DNA of 64,000 nt from Truepera sp. (lineage in GTDB: Bacteria; Deinococcota; Deinococci; Deinococcales; Trueperaceae), in the NCBI GenBank assembly GCA_965218435.1, contig CBDCKW010000009.1, forward strand, positions 384,001 through 448,000, written 5' to 3'. This document shows positions 1 to 9,920 of the stretch, in pieces. The first letter of the stretch is position 1; each line of letters starts with the position of its first letter. The translations under genes and the position numbers were made by a program. The notes under the pieces are model-generated. The model saw nothing but the letters and a program-made list of their open reading frames with translations, had not been told where the DNA came from and did not search any database.

Positions 1-39
1 TAGTCTCAGGGTTTAACGTAGTTTGCACAGAGTTCTCCA

Positions 40-2595
40 TTACTCGCCGCCCAAGGCGACGACCGGTGACAACCGGGCCGCACGCCGCGCCGGAACAAGC
101 GACGCCAACAGGCCGACCAGCGGCGACGAGATGAGGGCGACAACGATCAGTCGCCACGGATAGATAGGCGTAATGCGGTAACCCGTCAGGGCGCTCGCGC
201 CGGTGGTGATAACCTGCGACAACAGCAGCCCGGTCAAAACCCCAAGTACCGTGCCGAGCGCGACGACGACGATCCCTTCAGCGGTCACTAAGCGCCGAAC
301 GCCGCGCCGGGTCAGCCCGAGCGTGCGGAGGACGGCAACCTCGTGTTGCCGGCTCGAGAGGTTCATCCCCAGGGTATTGGCGACACCTAGTGCCGCGATA
401 AAAATAGCTAAGATAAGCAGACCGTTGGTCGTGGTAAACGTCTGCTGCGTCAGGTTCAAAATCCGGGCGCGGTAATTTTGATTGAGCGTGACGTCTAGGT
501 AGAGTTTGGGAAACGCTTTGATGAGGGCGTCTCTAGCCGTAGCCGCATTTGCGCCGGGTGGAACAGTCATGACAAATAGGTCAGGCGAGCCGCCGCCGAA
601 CAGCTCCGCGTCTCCCAAGCTGCCGACAAACGTTTCGCCGCCGCCGGTAAAGTCAACGACCACGCCGCCGACCTTAAAGTCTTTGTAGCCGTCCGAGGTG
701 CGAAGCGTCGCCACGTCGCCTTTTGAGACGTTGTAGCGGTCACGGATGGTATTGGCCGCTAAGACCTCGCCGCCCGCTTTAAGTGTGGTGTAGGCGTCGG
801 CAGCGTCACCTTGACCGGGGACAAACTGAAAACGGCCGAAGCCCGACGCAGGATTAAAGCGTTCCGGGTCTACCAGCACGAGTGCGACGCTCCGGCCCTG
901 TGGGGCGTTTTTCGGGGTGAAGCGGACGATCCGCAGACCGATCCCGCTGACCTCGGCGACTTGGGGCACCTTTTCTTTGATCTGCGCCGCAAAATCTCTA
1001 GGGAAACTGACGGGTGAGGTGACGAACAGGTCACCGACGACCGTTGTATCGACCCAGCTCTGAATCGAATGGTTGATCCCCGCGACCATCGCGCCGACAC
1101 CGATGGTGAGCCCCATCCCGACGACGACCGCGCCGACGGCGACCCCATTGCGGGTCGCGTTGCGCAGGGAAAAGCTCGAGCCCAACCTCCCAGCGAGGCC
1201 GAAAGCCCGTTCTAAAAGAGGACTTAACACCCTGAGGGTCGGTTTCAGCAAGACGGGCGTGGCGAGGCTAAAACCGGTAAAAAGTAGGCCCATCGCCAGC
1301 GCCGCACCGAAGAGCGCGGTAAACCCCCGCCACGGCGCGAGCGAAGCTGCGACCCCGGCGGCGAGGAGCACAAAACCCCACAACGGTGCGCCGCGCAGCT
1401 CTGGGCTGCTGACCGCGCGGGCTGCGGCTAAAGGCGGCGTCCTCGAGGCGCTTCGGGCGGGCAGATATCCGGCCAGGAGCGAAATCACCACCCCGACGAG
1501 GCTGGCGAGGAGCACGGCCGGAACCGGGACGACGAGCGTCCGAAACTCGAACCCGAGTGCGACCGCGTTCAGATAGGTGATCGCCGCAGACAAACCGACG
1601 CCTAAAAGCAGCCCGAAGATGATACCTAAAATGCTGACTAAAAGAGCCTCGAGCAGCGCCAAACGCTGCACCTGCCCGCGCGTCAGGCAAACTGTTCTGA
1701 GCAGGGCAAACTCCCGCTGCCGTTCTAACACACTCGCGGCAAAGGTGTTGTACGCCATAAAACCGCCCAAGGCGATGAGCGTCGCGGCTAAAATCTGGAG
1801 CCCTGACTGGAGCGTGTCCACCACGCCGGTCGCCAAGTTGCCGCTACCTGCAGGCAACGTCACGGTGTAATCTTCGCCTAGTTTGTTTTGCAGCGCCGTC
1901 TGCACCGCGCTGCTCTGACCCTGCGCAGTCAAGACCTCGAAAAACGACGCCCGTCCGCCCAGCCGGAGCGCGTCTTGTAGGTCTTGAAGCGCCATGATCC
2001 CGACGCGGCCACCGTTGGTGGTGGCGTAACCGAGGCTGTCGTCTAACAGGCCGGTGACCCTAAGCGGCAGGTCGCCGAACTGTGCAGCAAAGGTGACCAC
2101 CTCGCCGACCTTAAAACCGCGACCCTGCGCAAACCCCTCAGCGAGCGCGACGCCTTGCGACCCCGCCTCCGGCCACGTCCCTTTCGCCAAGGCGCTCGGT
2201 AGGTCGGCCGGGACGCTCGTCACACGGCCTGACAGCTGAAAGCCCGAATCCACGCCGGGAATCACCGAATCGCTTACATCGCCGATGTCACGAACCGGCT
2301 CGGCCCTGGTATTAAGGACCGGGTAGACCTTCCGCACGCCGGGTGTGTCTCGTACGGTCGCTAGAATGTCGTCAACCGAGAAGACGGAGCGGCCTTCTGC
2401 GCCAGGGGTGACGAGCAGGTCGGCTTTTCCGGCGGCGGCTTGGAGCGCACTCGAGACGTTCGCCTCGACGTTATCGCCGATGGACAGCGTGGCTAAGACT
2501 GCCGCAATCCCGAGCGCGACCCCAAGCACGGTGGCGAAGGTACGGCTTTTGTAACGGAACAGGTTTCGGCGGGCGAGGCGCAGCAGCACAGGCAT
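40..2595 (-). CDS. FtsX/MacB-like ABC transporter permease (duplicated permease domains)
   Basis: 851 aa; N-terminal 'LARRNLFRYKSRTFATVLGVALGIA'; two FtsX motifs ('ERQREFALLRTVCLTRGQV', 'RQHEVAVLRTLGLTRRGV'); C-terminal 'PARRAARLSPVVAL'. Confidence 0.9.
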   Translation of the reverse strand: MPVLLRLARRNLFRYKSRTFATVLGVALGIAAVLATLSIGDNVEANVSSALQAAAGKADLLVTPGAEGRSVFSVDDILATVRDTPGVRKVYPVLNTRAEPVRDIGDVSDSVIPGVDSGFQLSGRVTSVPADLPSALAKGTWPEAGSQGVALAEGFAQGRGFKVGEVVTFAAQFGDLPLRVTGLLDDSLGYATTNGGRVGIMALQDLQDALRLGGRASFFEVLTAQGQSSAVQTALQNKLGEDYTVTLPAGSGNLATGVVDTLQSGLQILAATLIALGGFMAYNTFAASVLERQREFALLRTVCLTRGQVQRLALLEALLVSILGIIFGLLLGVGLSAAITYLNAVALGFEFRTLVVPVPAVLLASLVGVVISLLAGYLPARSASRTPPLAAARAVSSPELRGAPLWGFVLLAAGVAASLAPWRGFTALFGAALAMGLLFTGFSLATPVLLKPTLRVLSPLLERAFGLAGRLGSSFSLRNATRNGVAVGAVVVGMGLTIGVGAMVAGINHSIQSWVDTTVVGDLFVTSPVSFPRDFAAQIKEKVPQVAEVSGIGLRIVRFTPKNAPQGRSVALVLVDPERFNPASGFGRFQFVPGQGDAADAYTTLKAGGEVLAANTIRDRYNVSKGDVATLRTSDGYKDFKVGGVVVDFTGGGETFVGSLGDAELFGGGSPDLFVMTVPPGANAATARDALIKAFPKLYLDVTLNQNYRARILNLTQQTFTTTNGLLILAIFIAALGVANTLGMNLSSRQHEVAVLRTLGLTRRGVRRLVTAEGIVVVALGTVLGVLTGLLLSQVITTGASALTGYRITPIYPWRLIVVALISSPLVGLLASLVPARRAARLSPVVALGGE

Positions 2596-2706
2596 ATCCG
2601 CATAAGTCTAACAGGATGGGTGATACTGGAATGGTTTCCGAGGTAAGTTGAGGCCGTTTGGCTGAAGTTTTTCTAAGCAGTCTCGTCTCACTATCCCTGC
2701 TCAGCG

Positions 2707-3522
2707 TTACAGATAAGCGCCGACTTCGACCAGCTCGTATTCAGGTGAAGCCCCCAAGCAATGCCGTAAAATCGCGGTGTGACCGAAGCCGTACACGACG
2801 AGTAGGCGTTCATTTGGCGCTCCGGTAATGCGCTGCAAGTTGGCAAAGATACGCAGGTTGCGGTTATACCAGGCCGCCACCGCGTCCACGCCGGGGTATT
2901 CGTGCCCGACCCTAACCTTAAAGTGGTCTACTAAATAGACGCCATGCCACTCGAGGATATTTTCCGGCCTGTTCATTTTGAGCAGCGTTTGCCGTAAGGG
3001 TTGCTGCATCTTTTTCTCGTCCTCCGCCGCGGCGCGTTCAAGATACGCTTCTGTCCACTGGTTTAATACCTCGGTTTGCGCGTACTCACGCGCGTAAGTC
3101 TCGAGCTTCTCGTGGAGGTCAAAAGCTTCGCCCGGTTTGCCCAAAGCGTCCTCGAGGTCAAAGTCACGAGGCGGATCGTAAGCGCGGCCCCAAGCATTGA
3201 CGGCGTAGACGCGTTTGTGTCCCAGGCGCTCCGCTATCCGAAACCCGGGCTGATACGCTTCACTACCCGGAAGCTCGAAGTCTCCCTGCAAAAACTTCTG
3301 GTGGTCACGGTCCAAGGCGGCTTGCTGAAGCGCGTCAACTTCAACGGCGACTTTGGTGGGTTGAAACTCGGCCAAGCGTTCGACCACCTCTAGGATTTCG
3401 GCTTGCCGCGACGGAAGCTCGAGCCTGTGCTGCGATTTGTAACGGTCGCGCCCCTTATCGTCGACGTGAAAGGTGCCGAGGAGTAAAACGGGCGTTGGGG
3501 ACGCTCGAGCTGTGTCAGCCAT
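2707..3522 (-). CDS. DUF5694-like protein (TraB/Tiki-like fold)
   Basis: 'VLLLGTFH', 'LAEFQPTKVAVE', 'WYNRNLRIFANL', 'LLVVYGFGH' motifs. Confidence 0.7.
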   Translation of the reverse strand: MADTARASPTPVLLLGTFHVDDKGRDRYKSQHRLELPSRQAEILEVVERLAEFQPTKVAVEVDALQQAALDRDHQKFLQGDFELPGSEAYQPGFRIAERLGHKRVYAVNAWGRAYDPPRDFDLEDALGKPGEAFDLHEKLETYAREYAQTEVLNQWTEAYLERAAAEDEKKMQQPLRQTLLKMNRPENILEWHGVYLVDHFKVRVGHEYPGVDAVAAWYNRNLRIFANLQRITGAPNERLLVVYGFGHTAILRHCLGASPEYELVEVGAYL

Positions 3523-3683
3523 AGCTTGCTCACTTTCTTACGTTTAGGACGAGCTTGGCTCGAGGTTGCCTGAGTAGTCTATAAAGCTCGCTGTCAAAAA
3601 GTCTGTTATATAGTATGGCGGCCCACAAAAATACAGTGTGGCGACCCATCACGGCGTCTTTAAGCGTATGTTACAACGTCTTT

Positions 3684-4646
3684 ATGACCCACCCGCTCGT
3701 CAGCGTCTGTATCTTGTCGTACAACCGTAAAACCGACCTCACCCACACCCTTCAACTACTTCAAAACGACCCTTATGGGCGGCTCGAGCTGCTCGTCGCC
3801 GATAACGCTTCGCAAGACGGCACGCCCGAACTGCTAGCGCAGGAGTTTCCCGAGGTGCGCCTCTTTACGCATCCCAAAAATATTGGGATAGACGCGCTCA
3901 ATACCGCGTTTGCGGCGGCCACAGGCGAGTACGTGCTCGTCTTAGACGATGACTCGTGGCCCGAACCGGGGACCATCGAGCGGGCCGTGGCGCGGTTTGA
4001 ACAAAACCCCGGCTTGGGGCTCATCACGTGCGATATCTTGGAGCCTAAAAGCTATAAGCGCTGGGACCTCGCGTATCTGCCGCTGCACCCCGGCTACGGG
4101 CCGCAACCGTGGTTTTGCTTTTTAGGGTGTGGGTTTTTAATCCGTACGGCGCTCTTACAAAAAATCGGTGGTTACCCCGAAGGCTTCTTTTTATACGCTA
4201 ACGAAGCGCCGGTGGCCGCTGAAGTCTTTTTGCACGGCTATGACATCGAGTTTTTACCCGACGCACGGGTGTTTCACAAGATGCCCAACCGTCAGTCGGG
4301 CTTTAGTCAGTCGCACGTCTTTTACGGCCTCCGCAACGACCTGCAAACCGCGTGGCGTTACTTTCACGGCTGGCGTTACTACGACATCTTGTTGGGCCGG
4401 ATGGTGACGGGCTTTATCTTGCTGGCGACGCTCGGCCGGGGGTCACTGAAGAGTTACTTCCGGGCGCTGCGCGAAGCGCACCGGTATCAGCGCACCACCA
4501 CGCGTCGCCCCCTCCCCAAACCGGCGATGCGGCGCGCCGTCGGCGCGTTTCACGGCACGACGCTCTCGAGCCTCCTGAGCTACCGGACGCTCCGGCGGGT
4601 TTTATGGTACGCCGGATTTTATAAAGACGGGCGGGTGGTGAGCTAA
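3684..4646 (+). CDS. Glycosyltransferase family 2
   Basis: 'VSVCILSYNR', 'VADNASQDGT', 'VLDDD' DxD motif; ORF open from 3615, ATG 3684 fits the domain start. Confidence 0.9.
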   Translation: MTHPLVSVCILSYNRKTDLTHTLQLLQNDPYGRLELLVADNASQDGTPELLAQEFPEVRLFTHPKNIGIDALNTAFAAATGEYVLVLDDDSWPEPGTIERAVARFEQNPGLGLITCDILEPKSYKRWDLAYLPLHPGYGPQPWFCFLGCGFLIRTALLQKIGGYPEGFFLYANEAPVAAEVFLHGYDIEFLPDARVFHKMPNRQSGFSQSHVFYGLRNDLQTAWRYFHGWRYYDILLGRMVTGFILLATLGRGSLKSYFRALREAHRYQRTTTRRPLPKPAMRRAVGAFHGTTLSSLLSYRTLRRVLWYAGFYKDGRVVS

Positions 4647-4647
4647 C

Positions 4648-5712
4648 CTACTTGCGCTCGCCGGACTGCACTGCTTTGGGTTTGGGCTCGCGTGGCGCGG
4701 TGCCCGGTGCTGCCGCCTCAGGCGCGGCGGTCTCCGCTTCCGGCCCCAACCGTCTAGCAAGGGCTACTCCTCCGAGCGTCGGCCCCAGCAAAAACGACGA
4801 ATAAAACGCGAGCAGACGCCAGACAATCACGGCCGGAACGACGGCCGCCGGATTTCCCGAACTGAGCAGGAGCGGGAGTGAAAGCTCGTAAACACCGCTG
4901 CCGCCGGGGGTTGGGACGACGTGCGACGCGGCAAAAACCAGAAACAAGATTGCCAGCGTCGGCAAGATAGGGAGCGAGAGCCCCAAATCGGCAGCGACGA
5001 CCAAAAAAATCCCAAATACGCTGATGTGAACCCCTACCGAAAGCAGTTGTAAGAGGATGTGCTGAAACCACGTGGTCGCCGAAAGCCGCGCGACGGTCGC
5101 TGTTAAACCCAACACGAACCGGTCGGCGCGGGCGCTAAAACGCCTCAGCGGACGCCACCGAAACACCCGGCTTACCAGCGTAGTGACGACTGAAAGATGA
5201 AAAACTAGCAGGTACCAGAGCCCGAAAAAAAGGGCGCTCGCCAAAACGCCGCCTAGCAGCAGCCAGCTGCCACCTGGCAGACGCTTACTCAGATAAAGCG
5301 TCAACAACGAAGCGGGCGCAAACCAAGCGTAAAAGAGCAGATCAATCACACTCGTGTAGAGCGCAACCGACCAGGCGTGTGCAGGAGCGAGCCCGTCACG
5401 CCGGAGCATCAGCGCGATAGCGGGCGCGTTGCCACTGCCGCTCGGGGTCACCGCCGCGCTAAACGCGCCCAAGATGTGACAGCGAACCGCGCTTAAGAGC
5501 CGCAAACGGTAGCGAAGCGTCCGGGCCAACAGCAAAATTCGCAACCCGCCGGAGAAAAACGACGTGCCGAGGAGCAGGGCGCTAAAAAGGAGTGCTTTAC
5601 CCGAAAGGGAAAAGATGTCGCGCAAATCGGTGGGTTTGCCGAATAACAGCGCCGCGCCGAGACCCAAAAGACCGAAAACGAGCGAGAGTAACAGGGGTCT
5701 AACGAGCCGCAT
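4648..5712 (-). CDS. Lysylphosphatidylglycerol synthase TM / flippase-like membrane protein (UPF0104)
   Basis: Multi-TM; 'AVTPSGSG', 'PTPGGSGVYE', 'WRLLAFY' motifs. Confidence 0.8.
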   Translation of the reverse strand: MRLVRPLLLSLVFGLLGLGAALLFGKPTDLRDIFSLSGKALLFSALLLGTSFFSGGLRILLLARTLRYRLRLLSAVRCHILGAFSAAVTPSGSGNAPAIALMLRRDGLAPAHAWSVALYTSVIDLLFYAWFAPASLLTLYLSKRLPGGSWLLLGGVLASALFFGLWYLLVFHLSVVTTLVSRVFRWRPLRRFSARADRFVLGLTATVARLSATTWFQHILLQLLSVGVHISVFGIFLVVAADLGLSLPILPTLAILFLVFAASHVVPTPGGSGVYELSLPLLLSSGNPAAVVPAVIVWRLLAFYSSFLLGPTLGGVALARRLGPEAETAAPEAAAPGTAPREPKPKAVQSGERK

Positions 5713-5744
5713 AGGGACTCCAGTAAGGCTGGTCAAATGGAAGG

Positions 5745-6845
5745 TTAAACATCCGGCAGTTTCTCATAGACCTGCAGCGCCTGCGCAACAACTTGATCCA
5801 TGTTGTAATACTGATAATTTCCCAAACGTCCGACAAAGGTCACGTCACGGCGCGCCTCTGCTAACTTTTTATATTCGGCGTAGCGGGCGCGGTTTTCGGG
5901 GCGCGGAATCGGATAGTAAGGGTCGCCCTCCGCCTGCGGCTCCTCAAAGGTCAAGACGCTCTGCGCGTGCCGCTGCCCGGTCAGGTATTTGACCTCAGTT
6001 ACGCGGGTATAGGGCGTGTCGTTGGGCAAATTGACCGTGCCGACGGGTTGCACTTTCTCCTGGTCAAACGTTTCGTGATGAAAAGTGAGCGAACGGTAGG
6101 GGAGCGCCCCGAGTTGATGGTCAAAAAAGAGGTCAATGGGGCCGGTAAAGATCAGATGTTTATGTGGAATCATCTCTACGACGCTGCGGTAGTCGGTTTG
6201 CAGCAGCACGCTGACGTTGGGGTGCGCCAAAAGTTTTTCAAACAATCTGGTGTAGCCGTCTCTGGGCATCAGCTGATAGGTATCGGTAAAATAGCGGTCG
6301 TCGCGGTTTGTGCGGGTTGGGACCCTGGCTGTGACCGACGCGTCGAGTTCGCTGGGGTCCAGGTCCCACTGTTTGCGGGTGTACCCGCGAAAAAACTTTT
6401 CGTACAGCTCACGGCCGACTTTGGACACGACGACATCTTCGGAAGTGCGGATTTGAGCGACGGGTTCGGCGCGTTCGGCAAAAAATCGCTCGAGCTCAAA
6501 ACTGTTTAGACTGAGCCCGTAAAGCTGATTGACCGTATCCAAATTGATGGGAATCGGTACGAGCTGTCCGTCTACACTGGCCCGGACGCGGTGCTCGTAG
6601 GGCCGCCACGCCGTAAAACGTGACAGGTACTCAAAGACCTTTCGCGAGTTCGTATGAAAGATATGCGGGCCGTAGCGGTGGACTAAAATCCCGTTGTCGT
6701 CATAGTGATCGTAGGCGTTGCCACCGACGTGCGGGCGTTTATCCACAACTAGCACGCGGGCATTCCGGCCGTTTGCCAAACGCTCGGCGAGGACGCTACC
6801 CGCGAACCCGGCCCCAACAATAAGATAATCGAAACCATGAGTCAC
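5745..6845 (-). CDS. glf: UDP-galactopyranose mutase
   Basis: 'IVGAGFAG' FAD motif, 'HRYGPHIFHT', 'PYYPIP', 'GRLGNYQYYNMDQ'. Confidence 0.97.
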   Translation of the reverse strand: MTHGFDYLIVGAGFAGSVLAERLANGRNARVLVVDKRPHVGGNAYDHYDDNGILVHRYGPHIFHTNSRKVFEYLSRFTAWRPYEHRVRASVDGQLVPIPINLDTVNQLYGLSLNSFELERFFAERAEPVAQIRTSEDVVVSKVGRELYEKFFRGYTRKQWDLDPSELDASVTARVPTRTNRDDRYFTDTYQLMPRDGYTRLFEKLLAHPNVSVLLQTDYRSVVEMIPHKHLIFTGPIDLFFDHQLGALPYRSLTFHHETFDQEKVQPVGTVNLPNDTPYTRVTEVKYLTGQRHAQSVLTFEEPQAEGDPYYPIPRPENRARYAEYKKLAEARRDVTFVGRLGNYQYYNMDQVVAQALQVYEKLPDV

Positions 6846-7036
6846 AGCGTCCGAGTATAACGTAGAGTGGGGTGGAAAAACGGTTCAAACACGCAGACAC
6901 TTCATAGTTTTTCAAATTCTGCGGAGGGCGTTCAGCTTGAGTAATGAGCGTAGTTCGCCGTAACGTGCAAGATGAAGTTACCGAATAGGAATTTTTCAGT
7001 AATTTTAAGTATTAAGTGCATTGGAGACCTATAGCT

Positions 7037-7867
7037 ATGTCAGAAGAACTTCACCCACAACATAAACGACTTGTAGAAACACTAAAAGCTGATAAATCTA
7101 TACAAAGCGAGGCTGTAGAACGGGCATTTCTAGCTGTCCCTCGTCATAAATTTTTGCCTCATCTCAGTCCAGAAGAAGCTTACGAGAATGAGAACATACC
7201 CACGAAACACAGTATCGAAGGTGAAGTTATCAGTTCAGCTTCCCATCCTGGTGTCGTAGCTGAAATTCTTGAGGAGCTCAAGTTGTCCTCAGGTCAAAAA
7301 GTCTTAGAAATCGGTGCAGGTACAGGCTTCAATGCTGCCCTCATTGCTCATCTTGTCGGGGATAAAGGAAGGGTCATTAGCCTGGACTTTGACGGTGATA
7401 TTGTCGAACAAGCTAAGGCAAACTTAGACAACGCTGGAGTAACTAACGTTGATGTTTACCGAGCGGACGGTCACTTCGGATTTGAAGCACTAGCACCTTA
7501 TGACTGTATCGTTATGTCAACGTCTTCCAATGATATCTATCCCAGCTGGTTTGGTCAGCTTAAGGAAGGCGGTTTACTTGGACTTGCTGTACGCTTTCGC
7601 GCTGAGACGGCTACTTTTGTTGTTTTTGTGAAAAAATCTGACCACTTTGCGAGCTACTCGGGCGCTCAAGCTAACTTTATGCCTATGCGTGGCGCTACAG
7701 CCGATTTCATTTCAGGTGAGGGTGAAGCTCTTCTGCGCGAACGAATTGAGTCTGGTAAGGCATTTAACAGAATTCTAGTGTATCCGAGCGGAACCCACTT
7801 ACCTCAGAATGATAGGCAAATTGCTCTGAGACGAAAATATGCTACTTTTTTATTTCAGTGGGACTAA
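7037..7867 (+). CDS. Protein-L-isoaspartate O-methyltransferase (PIMT) family protein
   Basis: 'AFLAVPRHKFL', 'SSASHP', 'VLEIGAGTGFNAA', 'DGHFGFEALAPYD'; visibly more AT-rich than neighbours. Confidence 0.85.
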   Translation: MSEELHPQHKRLVETLKADKSIQSEAVERAFLAVPRHKFLPHLSPEEAYENENIPTKHSIEGEVISSASHPGVVAEILEELKLSSGQKVLEIGAGTGFNAALIAHLVGDKGRVISLDFDGDIVEQAKANLDNAGVTNVDVYRADGHFGFEALAPYDCIVMSTSSNDIYPSWFGQLKEGGLLGLAVRFRAETATFVVFVKKSDHFASYSGAQANFMPMRGATADFISGEGEALLRERIESGKAFNRILVYPSGTHLPQNDRQIALRRKYATFLFQWD

Positions 7868-7988
7868 GTAGCTCTATACGAAAACGGTTAAAAAGCTTTG
7901 AGAAAGCTAGGTCGTGCAACTTCAGCAAGGTAGCGGCCAAAGTTCCGTGCCACCATCCCGAACCGGTAAGTAGCGAGTACAATCCGGT

Positions 7989-8243
7989 ATGACTGAACGA
8001 ATTGTACTCGAGCTACCCTCGGAAAGTCTGCTCAGCTTGAAGCTCAGGCCGAGTGAAATGGGGCAGGAACTGCGTTTAGCTGCAGCCATGAAACTCTATG
8101 AGTTGGGCAAACTCTCGTCAGGCGCGGCAGCTAACTTGGCCGGTATCCCTAAACCTCTATTTTTGACGAAGTTAGCGGACTACGGGATAGACAGCTTTGA
8201 CCTGACAGATGAAGCATTCGGTCTCGAAGCGCGTCTTGCCTAA
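7989..8243 (+). CDS. UPF0175 family putative antitoxin
   Basis: 'LRLAAAMKLYELGKLSSGAAANLAG' motif; TACAAT -10 box 5 nt before ATG. Confidence 0.88.
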   Translation: MTERIVLELPSESLLSLKLRPSEMGQELRLAAAMKLYELGKLSSGAAANLAGIPKPLFLTKLADYGIDSFDLTDEAFGLEARLA

Positions 8244-8727
8244 GCTGATTTGTAACACCTCGCTTTTGCAATATCTCCACCAGTTAGAGCTTTTGTCTAT
8301 CTTGCCCGCGCTAGCTGAGGACATCGTTGTCCCTGAAGCGGTCGTTGCAGAGTTGGAAGCCGGACGCAGCGCAGGGGTAAATGTCCCGAAAGTTGAGGAA
8401 CTCGGCTGGCTAACTGTTCAGTTGCCAAAAAGCTTGTCAGTTCTGCCCCTAGTCACAGATTTGGGGAGAGGTGAAACGGAGGTTTTGGCGTTGGCACTCG
8501 AGCGACCGGGGTACATAACTGTTTTAGATGACAAGCTGGCGCGAAGTTTCGCCCAGACGCTAGCGGTGCCTTTTACCGGAACACTCGGTCTGCTCCTCGA
8601 CGCCAAACGAAAGCACCTCCTTGAGGCTGTCTCGCCGGTGCTTGATACACTGAGGGCGTTGGGTTTTCGGCTCAGCCCGAGTACAGTGAAGCTGATCCTC
8701 CGGTTAGCTGATGAGTCCAGCGTTTGA
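8209..8727 (+). CDS. DUF3368 PIN-domain protein (putative toxin)
   Basis: 'ICNTSLL', 'VPEAVVAEL', 'LGRGETEVLALA', 'LDDKLAR', 'GTLGLL'; overlaps the UPF0175 gene (true start may be slightly downstream). Confidence 0.88.
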   Translation: MKHSVSKRVLPKLICNTSLLQYLHQLELLSILPALAEDIVVPEAVVAELEAGRSAGVNVPKVEELGWLTVQLPKSLSVLPLVTDLGRGETEVLALALERPGYITVLDDKLARSFAQTLAVPFTGTLGLLLDAKRKHLLEAVSPVLDTLRALGFRLSPSTVKLILRLADESSV

Positions 8728-8765
8728 AGGTTTAGAGGTCGGCTCGAGAGTTTTGCGTCTTGGCC

Positions 8766-9920
8766 CTACCCCAATCCTCGCAACCTTACAGGCGTTTCGG
8801 GAAATCCGTATGTAACAACTTCAGCGAGATAACGGCTGAAGTCTCGCATCATCGTACTGAGCTGAAGCTCTTGGCTAAGCTCAGCAACACGCTCTTGGGC
8901 TTCAGGCGCAGCAAGCTCAGTTAATGTTTTGGCCAACTGCGCCGGTTTGGGAACATACGCTCCCAACGATTTTTGCTCTAAAAACCGCACCAGCTTGGCT
9001 TCGTTGAGACCGGCGTAGCTCGAGACCAGCACCCCCCGACCGACCGCGAGCGCCTCTAAAACCGACGCCGGACCAGCTTTGCCGACCACCACGTCACACG
9101 CTGCCAGATAGTCGGCCATGTGCTCGGTAAACCCAACCACGTGGACGCGCTCGAGGGTTTCTAACCGCGCTTTTAACGCCTGATTACGCCCGGTCATCAC
9201 GATAATTTGAGGCTTTAGAGGATGGTTTAACAGGGTTTCAATCACCTTGTCGGTGCTCCGGCCTACCCCTTCACCGCCCAACGAGACGAGGCAGGTCAGG
9301 TGTTCGGCGAGGGCGAGCTTGGCCCTGGCCGCGCTCTTAGACGGCGCGTGTAAAAAGGCGTTTTGTATGGGATAGCCGATCAGGTCTATTTTGTCTGCCG
9401 GGACGCCGAAGTGCCCCAAGTCACGCAGCGCCCCTTTCGAGGGTACCGCAAACCGCTCCGCGTCCGGCTCGGCCCAGAGTGCGCTGGCGTCTAGAGGTTC
9501 GGTAGCAAAGGTCAAGATGGGGACGCGCAGTCCGTAGCGCCGCTGCGCCCTGGTCAGCGCGACGCTGACCCAGCCGTGATTGGCGACGACTAAAGCAGGG
9601 CTTAAGTCTTTTAGATGAGCCGCTGCACGCCTCGCAAACTCATCTAAAAAGAGCCGGTGATAGCGGTTGGTGAGCCTGGGAAAGGTGTCGAGGACCCGCT
9701 GCCCGTAGCGGGCACTCCACGGGTGCGCGAGCATCCACGCCCAGCTCTTTTTGTGCTGCGCATCTTGTTCGGTTAGTCCCAGTTCCAACATATAGTCTGA
9801 AATCGTCGTTTGGAACGTGCCGGGATAATAGGTTTCTAAACCCTCAGCCATCGCCCTAGCCGTCGCAACGTGACCGCCGCCGGCGGCAATCGTGGCAAAA
9901 AAGATATGCGGTTTAGTCAC
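8766..9920 (-). CDS. MGDG synthase/UgtP-like glycosyltransferase (GT28)
   Basis: 'AGGGHVATARA', 'SLGGEG', 'GFTEHMADYLAACDVVVGKAG'. Confidence 0.85.
   Translation of the reverse strand: MTKPHIFFATIAAGGGHVATARAMAEGLETYYPGTFQTTISDYMLELGLTEQDAQHKKSWAWMLAHPWSARYGQRVLDTFPRLTNRYHRLFLDEFARRAAAHLKDLSPALVVANHGWVSVALTRAQRRYGLRVPILTFATEPLDASALWAEPDAERFAVPSKGALRDLGHFGVPADKIDLIGYPIQNAFLHAPSKSAARAKLALAEHLTCLVSLGGEGVGRSTDKVIETLLNHPLKPQIIVMTGRNQALKARLETLERVHVVGFTEHMADYLAACDVVVGKAGPASVLEALAVGRGVLVSSYAGLNEAKLVRFLEQKSLGAYVPKPAQLAKTLTELAAPEAQERVAELSQELQLSTMMRDFSRYLAEVVTYGFPETPVRLRGLG

Noticed and set aside
6739..6747. Single TTATCCACA in glf
   Set aside because: An isolated box explained by Val-Asp-Lys codons; expected by chance.
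7037..7867. RiPP-associated PIMT (aspartimide-forming) cluster
   Set aside because: No precursor peptide with an SD and no cyclase or other maturase adjacent.
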